Below are positions 49,073 to 62,552 of a DNA stretch of 64,000 nucleotides, in pieces. The notes below the pieces were generated by a model, which was not told the origin of the DNA, did no database searches, and saw only the letters and a list, made by a program, of their open reading frames with translations. Made by a program: the position numbers and the translations under genes. Source of the stretch: Eledone cirrhosa (taxonomy: Eukaryota); NCBI GenBank assembly GCA_964016885.1, contig OZ024743.1:284890001-284954000 (forward strand), in the 5' to 3' direction. Within the stretch, counting starts at the first letter, position 1. Each line of letters opens with the position of its first letter.

Positions 49073-50741
49073 AATTTTTCTTATCATTAAGGTGTTCCTT
49101 GTAGTATTTAGTTTATACATCTTTGTTACACTTTGAATTCAGATCTTGCCAGGATTAATTTTATCATTAGATACCATTGTCGACATTACAATAATTCTTC
49201 CATCATTTCTACAAATTTGTAACTTTGTGCCAATGAAAAATATCTTTGGTTAGGTGGTACATGTATATGTGTCATCTGGTGAAAGTAAAGGTAAACATAG
49301 AGGAAGAAATAAGAGTGAATGTATAGGTGTCGCAAGATAGGAAGATTTGTAAGAGGTGGAGACAGTGTGTGTGTACGTGGTTCAATTCAATTTCAATTTA
49401 TTTAATTTATTTTCGTTGTGTATTACACAGAGACATGTTGAATAGTGTCTGCATGTGTAGGTAACTTATATGTGAAGTGAGAGAAGAGAAGAGAAGATGA
49501 CATTAAAAGGGGGAACAAATGAAAGTAGAGACAAAAAGAAACACAGACTGTGTGAGAAAAAGAGAGAGAGAGAAAAATTGTTTATGTACATCGTTATGTG
49601 TGGGTGTTTCTGTCTGTCTATCTAAAAGCCCATACTTAGCCGGCAGTCTATTTCAAGCTTGCAGGTATATAAAATCTTCATCTCTTCATCTTAATGACAT
49701 CTCTCATCTCCTAACCTCACCTTCATCACACCAGTCAAGCACATGTTATAGTGATCTTACCTTTTTTCACTTGGCATATGACAAATAAAAGACGACTAGT
49801 GCTGCTAGTAATACTTCTGCTACTGTTACTACTACTACTACAACTACTACTACTACTACTACACCTTAAATATGAAATTCATTCTGTAGCAGGTTCAAAG
49901 GTCCTTTTAAACAACATAGTCATTGAATGGAAGAATCAGTAAAGTACTGAACAAAATACCTTGAGGTATTTAATTACATCCGTTTCAGTTCTGATTTCAA
50001 ACCTTACCGGGGCCGGCTTCACTTTTCACACTCACTAAATCAATAAGTATCTGTCAGGTATTGGGGTTAAATATATTTACTACACTCATTCTCTCAAAAT
50101 TTAGAAAGACACAACTAAATATCATAAAACATTTAGTCCAGCACACTACCATTTCTGCCAACACACTGCTGCAGGTGTTTTGTTTATCAACTTTTTCAAG
50201 TTCCACTTAGAGAAGGTGTTGCTTGCTAATAAACTTGTTGAAAGATAAATTAAACAGTTACAAGAATGAATAAGTGAATGGCCTTATTTTCAGAATACAT
50301 CTATTGGCTAAGGAATATAGCTGGAAGAAGGCACTTTACCATTGATAGTTAAGGTACTCCTGGATTTCTGGTGTTCTCTTGAATGCCCAAGGTAGATGTC
50401 CTTTATCATAAGTGTGTATACTATGTAGATTGTCACTGTTCATCATAATCCCCATCATAGTATTTTTTTCAGCTCTTTATGTCCAGAGATCTAATCCTAC
50501 TGTGATCAACTTTGCTTTTTATCTTTCTAGAGCTGATAAAATAAAGTACCAGTCAAATACTGGATTGATTTAATCAACTAATACACTTCCTCCACAAAAA
50601 AATATTGCTGGCTTTGTGCTTGAATTAGAAACCTTTATTATTATTATGAATTCAAATCCTGCTGAGTTTGATTTTGATTTTTATCTTTTCTTAATTAATA
50701 CCTGCAAAGGAAGTACTGAGTAAATAAAATCAGTTACATCC

Positions 50742-51060
50742 TTCTTCTTCGTCTTTTCTTCTTCTTTGCCTACATATTCCTAGGAGGGCCATAGGGGCAG
50801 AATCCTCAGACATGCCTTCCAGAGGGTCCTAGCAGAAGCAACCACCTCTAATTGATCTGGCTTATCTCCAAGTGAGACCAGCCAAGTTCATGAATATTAT
50901 CCAACCATCTTGCTCGGTGTCTACCCCTGGGTTTCCTGCCAGTTGGTTTTGCCCATAAAATCAGTCCAGTGATTCTTTCCTGATAAATTCTAACCACATA
51001 GTAGTGGAGCTGTGATCTCTCAATTTGAAGATGTAGCAATACTACCTGGGAAGAGGTGGT
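50742..51060 (-). pseudogene. RTE-like LINE 3' fragment of a different family, with (GAA)n tail
   Basis: LQIERSQLHYY...PTGRKPRGRHRARWLDNI matches the RTE C-terminus. Confidence 0.65.
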
Positions 51061-51099
51061 GAACACATGCATTGTGTCTGTCATCTACTAATGTCTGAC

Positions 51100-51757
51100 T
51101 GTTGTGCCTTTTTCTGGTCCTTGTCTGACTGCACTGGAGAATTTGCTCTTTTGCTTTTTGTAAAAGGGATGTACTCCACTCATCAGGTAGTCCATTTGCT
51201 GTGTGGAGGTCTGGGCATAACGTAGCTGTTGATGCACAAACATGTGCTGAGGCTATGTCATCTCCACATTTTCCTTAACAGTGAACAGGTGTGGTTGCTG
51301 TTTGCTAGACACATGTTTCCCCAGCTCATCCCCTTGACAAAGCTGCAGTCCTGGGTCAAACAAAGACTGAGAGGGAGTGCTTGGAAACTGGAATGCCTTC
51401 AAGTCTTAAGCCCTCTTCCAACCAGTTTGTTGAAAGATAGGTGATAGTGGCAAGCATAGTCTGAATGAATGGGCCTGCTCTAAGAATGCACTTATTGACT
51501 GGAGGAGAACAACTGGGAGGAGGGCTTTGGCCTATTGGTCAGGGTGACCATGCTTTTTGTGAGCTTTCTCTTCTAGTGACCCTCAGAGGTCTCCCCACTA
51601 TTGAGGGATTTTTTTTTTTTATGTTTTTTTTTTTTTTTAGTTTTTGTAACAACTTTTTTTACTCACAAAAACCCACACTATTGTTCTGGGTCATCTTTAT
51701 TGCTTGCTTAAAGTCAGCTCTGTATGGCTGATGAAGAAGTCATTATCATCATCATTG
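51100..51757 (+). pseudogene. Decayed, internally deleted Tx1 3' fragment
   Basis: MHKHVLRLCHLHIFLNSEQVW...LQSWVKQRLRGSAWKLECLQ and NGPALRMHL align to the ORF2 C-terminus; ends GAAGTCATTATCATC. Confidence 0.85.
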
Positions 51758-52430
51758 GTTTATATATTACATGAAAGTTTGGATATTGAATAAATGTGAT
51801 GTAAATAGAATGAAAAACGTCTTGCTCCCAGTATGACCAGAACCCACATCTTTTGGGAAGGACTTGAAATAATAAATTTATCGAGTGTTGTTGTTGTTTC
51901 TTGTGTAGCTATAAACTTTGAGATGTGTAAATGAAGAATTATTGGAAATTGTAAGGTGGTGGCGTTCATGTGGTTCCATAAGTCATACAAAACTAACAAC
52001 ATAACTGTTGCCAGTAAAAGTACTATTGCCTGTAAAATAACTGTCGCCTGTAAAAGTAGCCAGTTCATGAGTGTGAAATCCTTAACAACTTCCTTGGTTA
52101 ATATGCGCAACACAAACCACAGGTCTTCTGATAAATATCAAGATATTGATAATGCAAAATGTCTAAATAGGTGTCAATAAATTACTTGATGACATAAGCA
52201 AGGTGATGATAGATGGTGTTCCCATCATAGTTGAGGGAAGGAGTTTGGTGAGGGAGGGAGGGGGGACCTGTTCCTTCTTTATTTTCTTTATTTTCTTTAT
52301 TTTTTCTTTCTTTTTTTTTTTCACTTATTTTTCCCACTACACATAATAACTATTGACATAACTATTACCAAAGAGAGGATGAGGAAGACTAGAATTCAAT
52401 CATTTTTTAATTACCTCATGGAACTCTCTC

Positions 52431-52497
<67 letters not shown>

Positions 52498-52669
52498 CTT
52501 TCGCTCTCTTACACATACACACACACGTACGCACATGAAAGTTAAATATCATTATATTTTTCTTTATTACTTTAATTAGATAATATGCAGAAACACATGT
52601 ATATACAAACTTATATATATGCACACATCATGTAGCTAGACAGACACGCACTCACACATATATATATGT

Positions 52670-52703
<34 letters not shown>

Positions 52704-52726
52704 GTATATATATATACATATATATA

Positions 52727-52920
52727 TTAGAAAGTGAGGTTTTTTTACAAAATGAAAAAAAACGTGGTGTCCTACACGAGTGAAAGTATAAGATAAAGAG
52801 ATGAAATCGAAAATGCAACTGGAGTCTTTTTTTTTAAAATATATTTATTTGGTTCCTTTACCGGTTTCGCAGTTCTTGTGCTTTTCAAAAGTAGAATTGA
52901 GATGGAGGGTTTGTGGTTTC

Positions 52921-52927
<7 letters not shown>
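52727..52927 (-). mobile_element. Short element in (TA)n with decayed hammerhead (52856-52891)
   Basis: Minus strand CTT TTGAAAA GCA-CAAGAAC-TGC GAAA CCGG T A AAG; two core substitutions relative to CTGAAGA. Confidence 0.45.
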
Positions 52928-52958
<31 letters not shown>

Positions 52959-52978
52959 GTGTATATATGTATATGTAT

Positions 52979-53026
<48 letters not shown>

Positions 53027-53035
53027 GTATATATA

Positions 53036-53192
53036 TGGTTGGTATTAGGAAGGGCATCCAGCCGTAGAAAACCCGCCAGACAGTCCTATACGAGCAAGAC
53101 AACCAATCTTGCCTCAAGTGGGAAAATTCCCATCCAAACCCATGCAAGCGTGGAAGATGGACGTTAAACGATGATGATGATGATGATGATGA
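53036..53192 (+). mobile_element. RTE LINE extreme 3' end with (GAT)n tail, in (TA)n
   Basis: Closely matches the reverse complement of 28066-28220. Confidence 0.85.
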
Positions 53193-53255
53193 TATATATA
53201 TATATAAACAAGGAGTTATTTAATTTTTTGATTATTCATTATATATATATACATA

Positions 53256-53410
53256 AGGCACGTGGTTAGAGCATTGGATTTACAATAAGATTGTGAGTTT
53301 GATTCCCAGACCGGGTGATACTTTGTGTCCTTGAGAAAGACACTTTATTTTACGGTTCCTCTGTTCACTCAGCTGTAGAAATGAGTTGCGATGTCACAGG
53401 TGCCATACAG
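53256..53410 (+). mobile_element. tRNA/CORE SINE 5' part
   Basis: GTGGTTAGAGCATTGG...GAGTTTGATTCC...CCTTGAGAAAGACACTTTATTT...CTCAGCTGTAGAAATGAG. Confidence 0.7.
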
Positions 53411-53449
53411 ACATATGTATTTTTTTGTAAAATAAAGCATTTTTCTGTT

Positions 53450-53630
53450 CCATCTTCTTCTCATTCTCTATCTTTCTATTTCATCTTTTATTTCTCATTC
53501 TATCTTCTGATGAAGGACTAGAGTCCGAAATGTAAAGTCACCTTTCCTACTATACCAAGCATTATATTAAGACATTTCTTCATTGTACTGTGTCGTTTGC
53601 TTTGTTATTTCTGTTTACTTTTTGCATTTA
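53450..53630 (+). mobile_element. Short hammerhead-bearing element, homologous to 6458-6612
   Basis: Shared TTATTTCTCATTCT.TCTTCTGATGAAGGACTAG...CAAGCATT...ATTGTACTG...TTGTTATTTCTGTTTACTTTTT, then (TA)n. Confidence 0.65.
53503..53537 (+). ncRNA. Minimal type I hammerhead ribozyme motif
   Basis: CTT CTGATGA A GGAC-TAGA-GTCC GAAA TG T A AAG; intact core with a GTA triplet. Confidence 0.65.
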
Positions 53631-53776
53631 TATATATACACACACATATGTGTGTGTGTATACATGCATATATATATATTTATATACATATGTGTATACA
53701 TACACATAAATATGTATATATGTACATGTTTATAATATGTACATGTTTATATATATATATACATATATACATATAT

Positions 53777-53954
53777 AACAAAGGAATTGTGGTAAGGAAC
53801 CAGATGGACCATAACGCACCAGAGTACTCAATACTTAGGGTAGTAGAGAGGGTAATAGGAAAAAGTATGACTCCGACGGCAGAGCTCAAGCTCTGTCCAG
53901 AAATAGCCGTCGAAACAGCTTGAGCTCTGCCGTCGGGGTCATACTTTTTCCTAT
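53777..53954. mobile_element. Fold-back element (38-bp arms plus 78-bp tail) in (TA)n
   Basis: Arms at 53855-53892/53917-53954; same family as 61587-61784. Confidence 0.8.
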
Positions 53955-54328
53955 ATACATATATATATATATACATATATACATATATATACATATATAT
54001 ATATACATAAATTAATAAAAATAATGAATAAAAACAAAGAAACAGTTCCTTATATTAAAAAATTCATCATTTTACGATCGTTTCTAGGATATATATGTTT
54101 GTGTTGGTATGTATATCATATAGATCTATGTAAAATTTTTACAAACTATCAGAGGGAATATACATACCTACACATATATATGCTGTCTTCATTTTGGTAG
54201 ATTTATCTACATATATATATATATATATATATACATATACATACATGTATATACATATACATATATGTATATACATACATATATACACACATACATGTAT
54301 ATACATACATGTATATACATACATATAT

Positions 54329-54361
<33 letters not shown>

Positions 54362-54719
54362 AATATTTTAGCGTGTATATATATATATATATATGCACGC
54401 TAAAAATATTTTAACTGGTGGTCACTTTAGCCATCCTATCTTTCAAGCTTTCAAGCTACCTTTGGCAACAAGCCTACTTCTTCACCACACATACACACAT
54501 ACACACACACAGACCCCTGCATAGATGTTTCTGTGTGTACATGTAAAAAATACACACACACACAAACACTTATTAAGGGATATTTAGTTGCTCTCTTACA
54601 CGTGTGTACACCTGGCTTTTGAACCGCTGCATACTTTCGCTGTCTATCTATACACCAATTTATATTTGTTGGCAATTTCCCTATCTCTTTATCAAACCCC
54701 TTGATATGCTCACACACAG

Positions 54720-55140
54720 TCATACACACCCACACATACATATACACGCATATACACCCTCCCACACACATTCACAACCATGTGCACATACACACACACC
54801 TGCATAAATCCACATGCACACATTCACACACAAACACCCTCCCACACATACACGACCACATGCACAAATCCACACGCACACATTCGCACACATACACACT
54901 CCCACACATACACAACCACGTGCACATACACACACACATACATGCATAAATCCACATCCACAGATTCACACACATTCACACTCCCACACATACACAACCA
55001 CATGCACATACACACACACATACATGCATAAATCCACATGCACACATTCACACACATACACACTCCCACACATACACAACCACATGCACATCCACACACA
55101 TGCACACACCCACATACGCACACACACATCCACACACACG
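54720..55140. repeat. CA-rich minisatellite, roughly 60-80 bp unit
   Basis: CATAAATCCACATGCACACATTCACAC...CTCCCACACATACACAACCAC repeated 4-5 times. Confidence 0.8.
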
Positions 55141-55539
55141 TACATACATATCACTTATTCCTTTGCATAGTTCTGTATTTTTCTCTCCTTTCCATTCAGG
55201 TTTATTTTTTCCTTTTATTCCTCCCTCCCTCTCTCTCACCCACACAATCAATATGAGAATAACTTTATAATAGATCTCTTTACAGAATATTTCTACTGTC
55301 AACACTTGGTGTTGGTCAATTACTTTTTCAAAACGGAGATTTAATAAGCACAAGAAACAGCAACAACTAGTTAACATGATGAGAACATATAATAGATAAT
55401 CTCTCTAGAATTAATAAATACCAATACTGTTAATAATTGATAGTTTTGGTTAATTCTTTGTTCAAAACTGATTGGTTTTTATCAACTCAAGGAAAAGAAA
55501 AATAACCACATCAACAACAATAAGAAATTTACTAAATTG

Positions 55540-55850
55540 TCATTAGACAATGCCACCCGTAACACGGAAAAGAGGAAGATAGCCAAATATCGGGGCTTCA
55601 CCAACTGCTTTCTTTTTGTGCTGGTCACTTTTGAAACCTCTCATGACCTCAGTCCTCAAACTGTTGTCGGATTTTTTTTTTTTTTTTTTTTTTTTTTTGT
55701 TTGTTTTTGTTTTTGTTTTTTCCAGCACAATTAAGAGAAGTACATCCCACCTGGGGAAGGAGCCCCGTGAGGTGGAGTGGCTGATGTACTGGCTGTTCTC
55801 TGTGGCAATGCTTTTGCCATTTTATCCATGGGGTACAGCTTTGATATACA
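55540..55850 (+). pseudogene. CRE-clade RLE C-terminal fragment interrupted by a poly-T tract
   Basis: EKRKIAKYRGFTNCFLFVLVTFETS...KEPREVEWL...GNAFAILSMG; homologous to 3970-4182. Confidence 0.7.
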
Positions 55851-58587
55851 ACATAGACTGGAGTGTACTGTCTACCACTCCTACCCCCTCTTTTCCCTTT
55901 CTCTATTTAATTTGTTTTCTCTTTCTTTTTTCCTTTTTTTATATTGCAATATAAATATTATATAGTCCAAAAATACATGTATACCTAGAAAAACAAAATT
56001 GGATTACATACCTTAAGATTTTCATCCTGCCCTTAGCAGTAGGGTATAATGATCTCCAGTGTTTTTATTTAATACAGCCTCTCATTCCTTTTTTAACAGA
56101 ATAAATGGTATTCCATATGTTAAAAAATAGATTTATTTTGGATTTTTCTTGTTGTTGGGGAGGGGGAAATGGTCGTTGTTTGTTTATTATGTGTTTGTGT
56201 GTGTGTGAATTATTATTTCTTTTCTTCCTTTTTGTTGTTGTTGTTGTTGCAAACAGACAGATAAACAAACAAACACACACCACACAAAAAAAAAGGTAAA
56301 AACAAGGAGCTCTCTGGAAATAAGTGATCAGCTAGTAATTCCTTGATTTGAAAATAGATGATTGTCGATTTGAGTTTCTTGTAACATTAGGCTCCTTTTT
56401 CTGGATGATCTTTTTGTGTTTTTGACAAGAGATATGTATAGATATGTGTTTGCACACATGTGTATGGCTGGTGAGTATGTGTGTGTAGTATGAGAATGTG
56501 AGTTCATGTAAAAGTGTTAGTGTTTTTTGTATTTTATCTGTATGTGTGTGTGTTGTATGGTTGTTCTTTTTTCTTTATTTATTTTTAGCTATTTAGCTGC
56601 TTTTCTGTTGCACATTCATATACCTATATTCTTATTGGAATGGACGTTTCACTCTGGCACACATATATGTATAAATATATATACACAGGATTAAAATTTA
56701 TATTTCATGTACATATAAATATATAAAGATTGACTTTGTTTTTGTATATATGTATATATATATATATATTTACACACAGAAATATACACACAATAATAAA
56801 CCTATAGCATGGACTATAAGTAACAATAATCTATATGACACACACACATATATATATATATTTATGTGTACATATATATTTCTATATATATATATACTTA
56901 TATATGTATATGTGTGTGTGTATGTGTGTTTGTGTTTGAACTTGAAACAAAAGGTAAAAGTAACTCTAGCTTATATTATTTCAGAATTATTGTTTGTTGC
57001 TGTTTCAAGTGATACTACTGAAAATGGTTTACCTGTAAAGCTACTAAGGGTCTGTGTTTTTGTTGTTGTTTTTACCTGAGTGTTCTACTGTACTGTATGT
57101 ATGTATAAACTACCTAGAAAATAGTGTCATTAAAGAAGATAGACAAACTGTTTGTTTTGATTGTTTTTTACTGGGTTTTCTTTTTTCTTTTTTGATATCT
57201 TGGTTTATATGTGTTGTTTCTGTGTGTGTGTGTGTGATGTTTTGTCAGAGCATGAATGCGTACATGAAGTCAACCCAAATGTATTGCATGGACAGTTAAA
57301 GGCAACAATAATAATAGTAATAATAATATTAATAATAATAGTAATAATAATAATCCAGGTGGAAATGTAATAGTGTAGATAAGGAGCCTAGTGACATCAA
57401 AACTGAGTGTGTATATATATATGTGTGTGTATATGTATGTACATATATATATATTTATTTATATATAAATATATATATATATTTATATATACACACAACA
57501 CACTAGGCCTTTAACTGTCAGAGCTGCTCCAATGTGCTCAGTACTTCTCTGCTAACAGCTCTAGCTTTAGTTAAGATAAAAAAAAGTATCTTTTTTTTTC
57601 TTTTCTTCTTTTCTTTTTTTTTTGGTAATATTTGTCTTCTTCTAAGGATCTATGGACTAAGAATTTATCTAAGTATCTTTCGCCTCCACCTCTCTAGCTC
57701 CACCTCTACCTCCTTTCCTCCTCATCCTTCTCTCACTCTGCTACTTCTGCTTTTACTACTACTGCTGCTGCTGATGCCAATATTGTTGTTGTTTCTGTTG
57801 TTGTTGTTGTTGCCAGCTGACTGCTGTTCCTCAAACAAGCTCCTAGCAGCTACCATTCCAGATCACTTAAAACATACCAAGCTCTTAACTTCAGCTCTCC
57901 TATTGCTGCCTGTTCTATTTGGTCTGTTCTCTTTTTCACTACATATCTGCGTGTATGTGTGAATCTGGATGTGTGTGTGCGTATGAGAGAAAGAAAGAAA
58001 GAGAAACTGAAGGAGTGAATATTAGATGGGAGTCAGTTGTTATTGTTGAGGATGTTAATGTTGTGGTTAAAAAACCAACTGAAGTTTATATTATTTGCAC
58101 CCTCAAATTAATGCATTTATTTACATTTTCCTGTTTTGAGCCTGCGCTTCTATGTTATGCAGTAACTCTTTGTTTTTCTCTCCACACAAATGCACGCACA
58201 TACACAATACATATATAAGGGCCTCCACTGCCATTGATATACAATCTAAAATGCAGTACCTTGGTTGTGTAAGGTAGCTTATTTTCTTGTTCCTACTATT
58301 AATGCATTATACTTATCAAATGTTTCCTTACTTGCCAACCAAAATACCTTATTTCTGTAGCTTTCTTCCTGGATTAAGTTAACTACTATATAAGAACAAG
58401 GAATCCTTTCTTGCTTTAAAAAGATAGATAAGTAGATAGATAGATAGATAGATAGAAAAAACTAATGCGATCCTAGAAATGTCTTTGCATATAGCACCAG
58501 ATACACGCGCACACAGGTTCACACAAAAGGGGATGTGGGTTTATTGGTTTTGTATTGCAGCTTAATAATCTATCACACTACCCCAAC

Positions 58588-58609
58588 ACTACTGCTGCTG
58601 CTCCTGCTG

Positions 58610-58644
<35 letters not shown>

Positions 58645-58655
58645 GCTACTACTTT

Positions 58656-58693
<38 letters not shown>

Positions 58694-58694
58694 T

Positions 58695-58755
<61 letters not shown>

Positions 58756-58795
58756 TCTACTACTACTACTACTACTACTTACACAACTACTACCC
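58588..58795. repeat. (ACT)n microsatellite
   Basis: Direct inspection. Confidence 0.95.
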
Positions 58796-58964
58796 CGATA
58801 TGAATAAAACAGCTAAACAATTACAACAATCATATTTCACAGTCATGCTGCAGCCAGATGTTGGTCGGCCTGGCAAGGTATCTATCCTCACCTTTATGTG
58901 AAAACAAAATAAGCACAGCTTGCTAGAAAAAGCAGCCAGATCTCCCTAAAATCATACTCTACCC

Positions 58965-59152
58965 TCTGGGGTAATTGCTGACTTTGTGCCAAAAGTAGAA
59001 ACATTATTATTATTATAAGCTTTGCCTTTCATCCTTACAGCATAAATAAAGTACCAGTAACCCACTGGGGTCGATTTAATCAACTTTTCCCTTCCCTTCA
59101 AGCTGTTGGCCTTGTGCCCAAAGTAGAAACAATTATAATTATTATTATTATT
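58965..59152 (+). mobile_element. Two 5'-truncated SINE family A copies in tandem
   Basis: Two CTTGTGCC..AAGTAGAAAC ends, each followed by (ATT)n. Confidence 0.75.
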
Positions 59153-60556
59153 GTCAGGTAGTGGAGGTAAACACATATATCACGTCTGTCATCTACTACC
59201 GACTGACCATTGTGCTATGTCCTGGTCCATGCCTGACCTCACTCGAGTGTTTGCTCTTTTGCTTTTTGTGGAAGGGACGCATGCCATTTGTCAGGTGGTC
59301 AATTTGCTGCCAACACCTGATAAGTAGAAGACTGGACATGCCGTAGCTGACGATGCACAAACATGCACTCAGACTATGTCATCTCCAGTTCTACCTCGAC
59401 GGTGAACAGGTGTGGTCACCGTTTGCTAGCCCCAGTTTTCTACAGCTTGTCTCCTTGACAGAGCTGCGGTGCTGGGTCAAGCGAAAGGGAGAGTTTGGAA
59501 ACTGGAATGTCTCCAAGCACTCACAGCCCTCAGTCAATCGGACAGTGCGATTGGTGGAAAATGCCTCAGTATTTGTTCCAGCTCACTGCACTCTAAATAC
59601 AAATCCCACTGAGGTCAACTTTGCTTTGCATTCTTTCAATGTTGATAAATAAAGTATCAGTTTCATACCAGAGTCAGTTCTTCTTTTCTCTTTCTCTACC
59701 TGGAGAGGGATGAGTCAATCGGGCAGTGCATTGCTTTCTATAGAGGTTTAGTGGTGGGTAAAGGTGACAACATTCTTGGGGAGACTCTAGGGGATCAACA
59801 AAAATCAACTGAAAGTTCTCTAATTTTCAGTACAGGGCCCATGGATAACTTCTAGAAATTCCTGGCTTGGCAATGCTACAAAGGAGCTTTGCCAGTCCGA
59901 TAGGTGCCTGTCCGATAGGTGCACAGGGTGACAACTGTCCTGCATGCACTCATCAAGTGTCCAAGTATTGCTGACCTGTGAACTTATGTCAAACACTTGC
60001 TATCATGTGTGTGATGGATCCAGCAATCAACTCTGTCCATTGTGAAGTTCACCCCACCAGCTTTCTTTAGAGGGAAGGACAGACAGTTTTTATCTGCCTA
60101 GTGGCCATTGCAAAAGAGGTTGTGTGGTGGATGTACCTGAAAGGTTTAAAGACAAGCACGTTCCTCTTCGGCAAAACCCTAATTAACTTTTTCAGGTTTC
60201 ACTTGAAGAGAAAAATGAAAATGCTGCCTTCCAACCAGTTTGTTGAATGGTGGGTGAGTGAGATGAGCATGGTCCGAGTGAATGGGCTTGCTCTGAGTAT
60301 GCACCTATAAATTGGAGGAGAATATCTGAGAAAGCGTACATGCCCTAGCAGTTAAAGTTATGGCTTTTTGTGGGCTTTCTCCATGAGTGATCTTCTGAGT
60401 TATCCCCACTTTTGGGGAATATGTTGTTTTTATTTTGAATGTTTATTTTTTAGTCTTCTTTATAGAACTTACCCTCACACAAAAAACTCACACTGTTCTG
60501 TCCTGTACCATCCTTATTGTCATCTTAATGTAAGCCCTGTGTGGCTAATAAAGAAA

Positions 60557-60590
<34 letters not shown>
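59153..60590 (+). pseudogene. Decayed 5'-truncated Tx1 copy flanked by (ATT)n, with an internal SINE fragment
   Basis: EVNTYITSVIYYRLT...FLWKGRMP...ICCQH; AKEVVWW..LKGLKTSTFLFG...RVNGLALSMHL*; ends CTAATAAAGAAATC(ATT)n. Confidence 0.9.
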
Positions 60591-60591
<1 letters not shown>

Positions 60592-61262
60592 GGATTGGCA
60601 GTATTGATAAGGCGTCGGACACTATGCTTTCTGGTATCGAGTTACGGCCCTTTGAGTTCTGAATTCAAATCCCGCCATGGTTAACTTTACCTTTCATCTT
60701 TACGGAGTCGATAAAATAATGCACAAGGGTCGATTTAATTGACTTTCCAGTCCCTCAAAGAGTTGCTGGCCTTGTGGCTATAGTAGAAACAATTATTTTT
60801 AAGGGCAATGGATTGGCAGTATTGGTAGAGCATCAGACAATATGTTTTGCATAGATTTACAGCCCTTTGTGATCTGAGTTCAAATCCTGCTGAGGTTATC
60901 TTTGCTTTTCATCCTTACGGGGTTGATAAAATAAAGTACCAGTGATGCACTGGGGTCGATTTAATCGACTTTCCCCTCCCCCCAAATTGCTGGCTTTGTG
61001 CCTATAGTAGAAATCATTATTTTTATGGCAGTTAAAAGGGTGGTGGATTGGCAGAATCAGTAGATCATCAAACAAAATGCTTCACAGTATTTAGTTATGA
61101 TTTCTTGCATTCTGAGTTCAAATTCTGGTGGGGTCAACTTTGCTTTTCATTCTTTAGAGGTTGATAAAATAAAGTACCAGTAAAGTACTGAAATTGGTAT
61201 TATAGACTCTCTCTCTTATCGCCACCAAAATTGTTGGCCTTGTGCCTAAATTAGAAACTATT
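60591..61262 (+). mobile_element. Three head-to-tail SINE family A copies directly downstream of the Tx1 tail
   Basis: Heads GGATTGGCAG at about 60592, 60810 and 61045; each ends CTT(G)TG.CTA...TAGAAA. Confidence 0.85.
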
Positions 61263-61552
61263 TTTATGGCAGCTAAATTGAACTGTTTTTGAATAGAACT
61301 TGTCATGCTTGGCTGACAAACAATATGAAGTAATAAGTGTGCTATCTTCATTATAAAGGATCATAATGTCAAACATCATTAGAGTGCTAATAGTCCTTCA
61401 CTGATGGTGAACATTCAATTAATTTTGCTCCACTGTTAGAGATTCCACACTGCAACTCCCACTTACCACTGATTCTTCTAACCAGACATTCAGCAACCTA
61501 ATGCCACATGTGTACGCATGTGTGTGTGTGTGTATAGACATCCATACATATG

Positions 61553-61586
<34 letters not shown>

Positions 61587-61587
<1 letters not shown>

Positions 61588-61784
61588 ACGAAGGAAGTGT
61601 GGTAAGGAACCAGGTGGACCATAATGCACCAAAGTACTCAATACTTAGGGTAGTAGAGTGGGTAATAGGAAAATGTTCAAAACCCCGATGGCAGAGCTCA
61701 AGCCGTTTCGACGGCTATTTCAGTCCAGAAATAGCTGTCGAAACGGCTTGAGTTCTGCCGTTGGGGTCTTGAACATTTTCCTAT
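61587..61784. mobile_element. Fold-back element (57-bp arms, 6-nt loop, 78-bp tail) in (TA)n
   Basis: Arms at 61665-61721/61728-61784; tail highly similar to 53777-53854. Confidence 0.85.
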
Positions 61785-61799
61785 ATATATATATATATA

Positions 61800-62066
61800 T
61801 CATCTTCATCATCATCATCATTTTACGTCCGCTTTTCTCTGCTTGCAAGAGTGGGACGAGAACTGACGGGAACTGATTCTGGCTTGATTTCTGCAGCTGG
61901 ATGCCCTCATTTACAGTGAGTGCTGAGTGCTTTTTTTTTGCCGTGGCACCTGCACGACCACTTTGTAGTGGAATGATATGGACCCCAGTCCTATCATCTC
62001 ATTTCTACAGCTGAGTAAACTGGAGCAATGTGAAATAAAGTGTCTTGCTCAAGGAAACAACACAAC
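61800..62066 (-). mobile_element. 5'-truncated CORE SINE with RTE tail, in (TA)n
   Basis: Collinear with 26201-26520. Confidence 0.8.
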
Positions 62067-62552
62067 GCATATATATATATATATATACACATACATACAT
62101 ATATATATATATCAATCTCTTTTTCTGTCTCTTTCTATCTATCTATCATAAATGCTAAAATTGATTTTTTTTCAGGGTAGTAAGTTTGTAAAAATAATAA
62201 AGTGCCATGCTAAAAGCCCTTTACATAAAACAAACCCATACGAGACCGACATTACCTTTCTTTAATGCTTTCATAATCAGTAAAGTCAGTACCAGTAATA
62301 TAATGATTCAATCACTTTTACCATTTTTTAAAAAGAATCTGACTGTCTAAAGTCTGTACGTGATCAACCTACTAGAAATAGTAGTCAGATCTCCCTCAAA
62401 TTACTTAATAATGTCTTAAATAAGAAAAGAATCATTAGATAATATAGTTCACAGCATGAGAAAAAAGATGATATAATCACATTTGGAATGTCTTTAATCA
62501 TAAGACATGGGGTAATAAATAACATCAATTACCATGCAAACATAAATCAGAA

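Noticed and set aside
57534-57962. Leu-rich ORF resembling a membrane or secreted protein
   Set aside because: Derived from CTG/TTG/T-rich low-complexity sequence; it could be UTR but there is no coding evidence.
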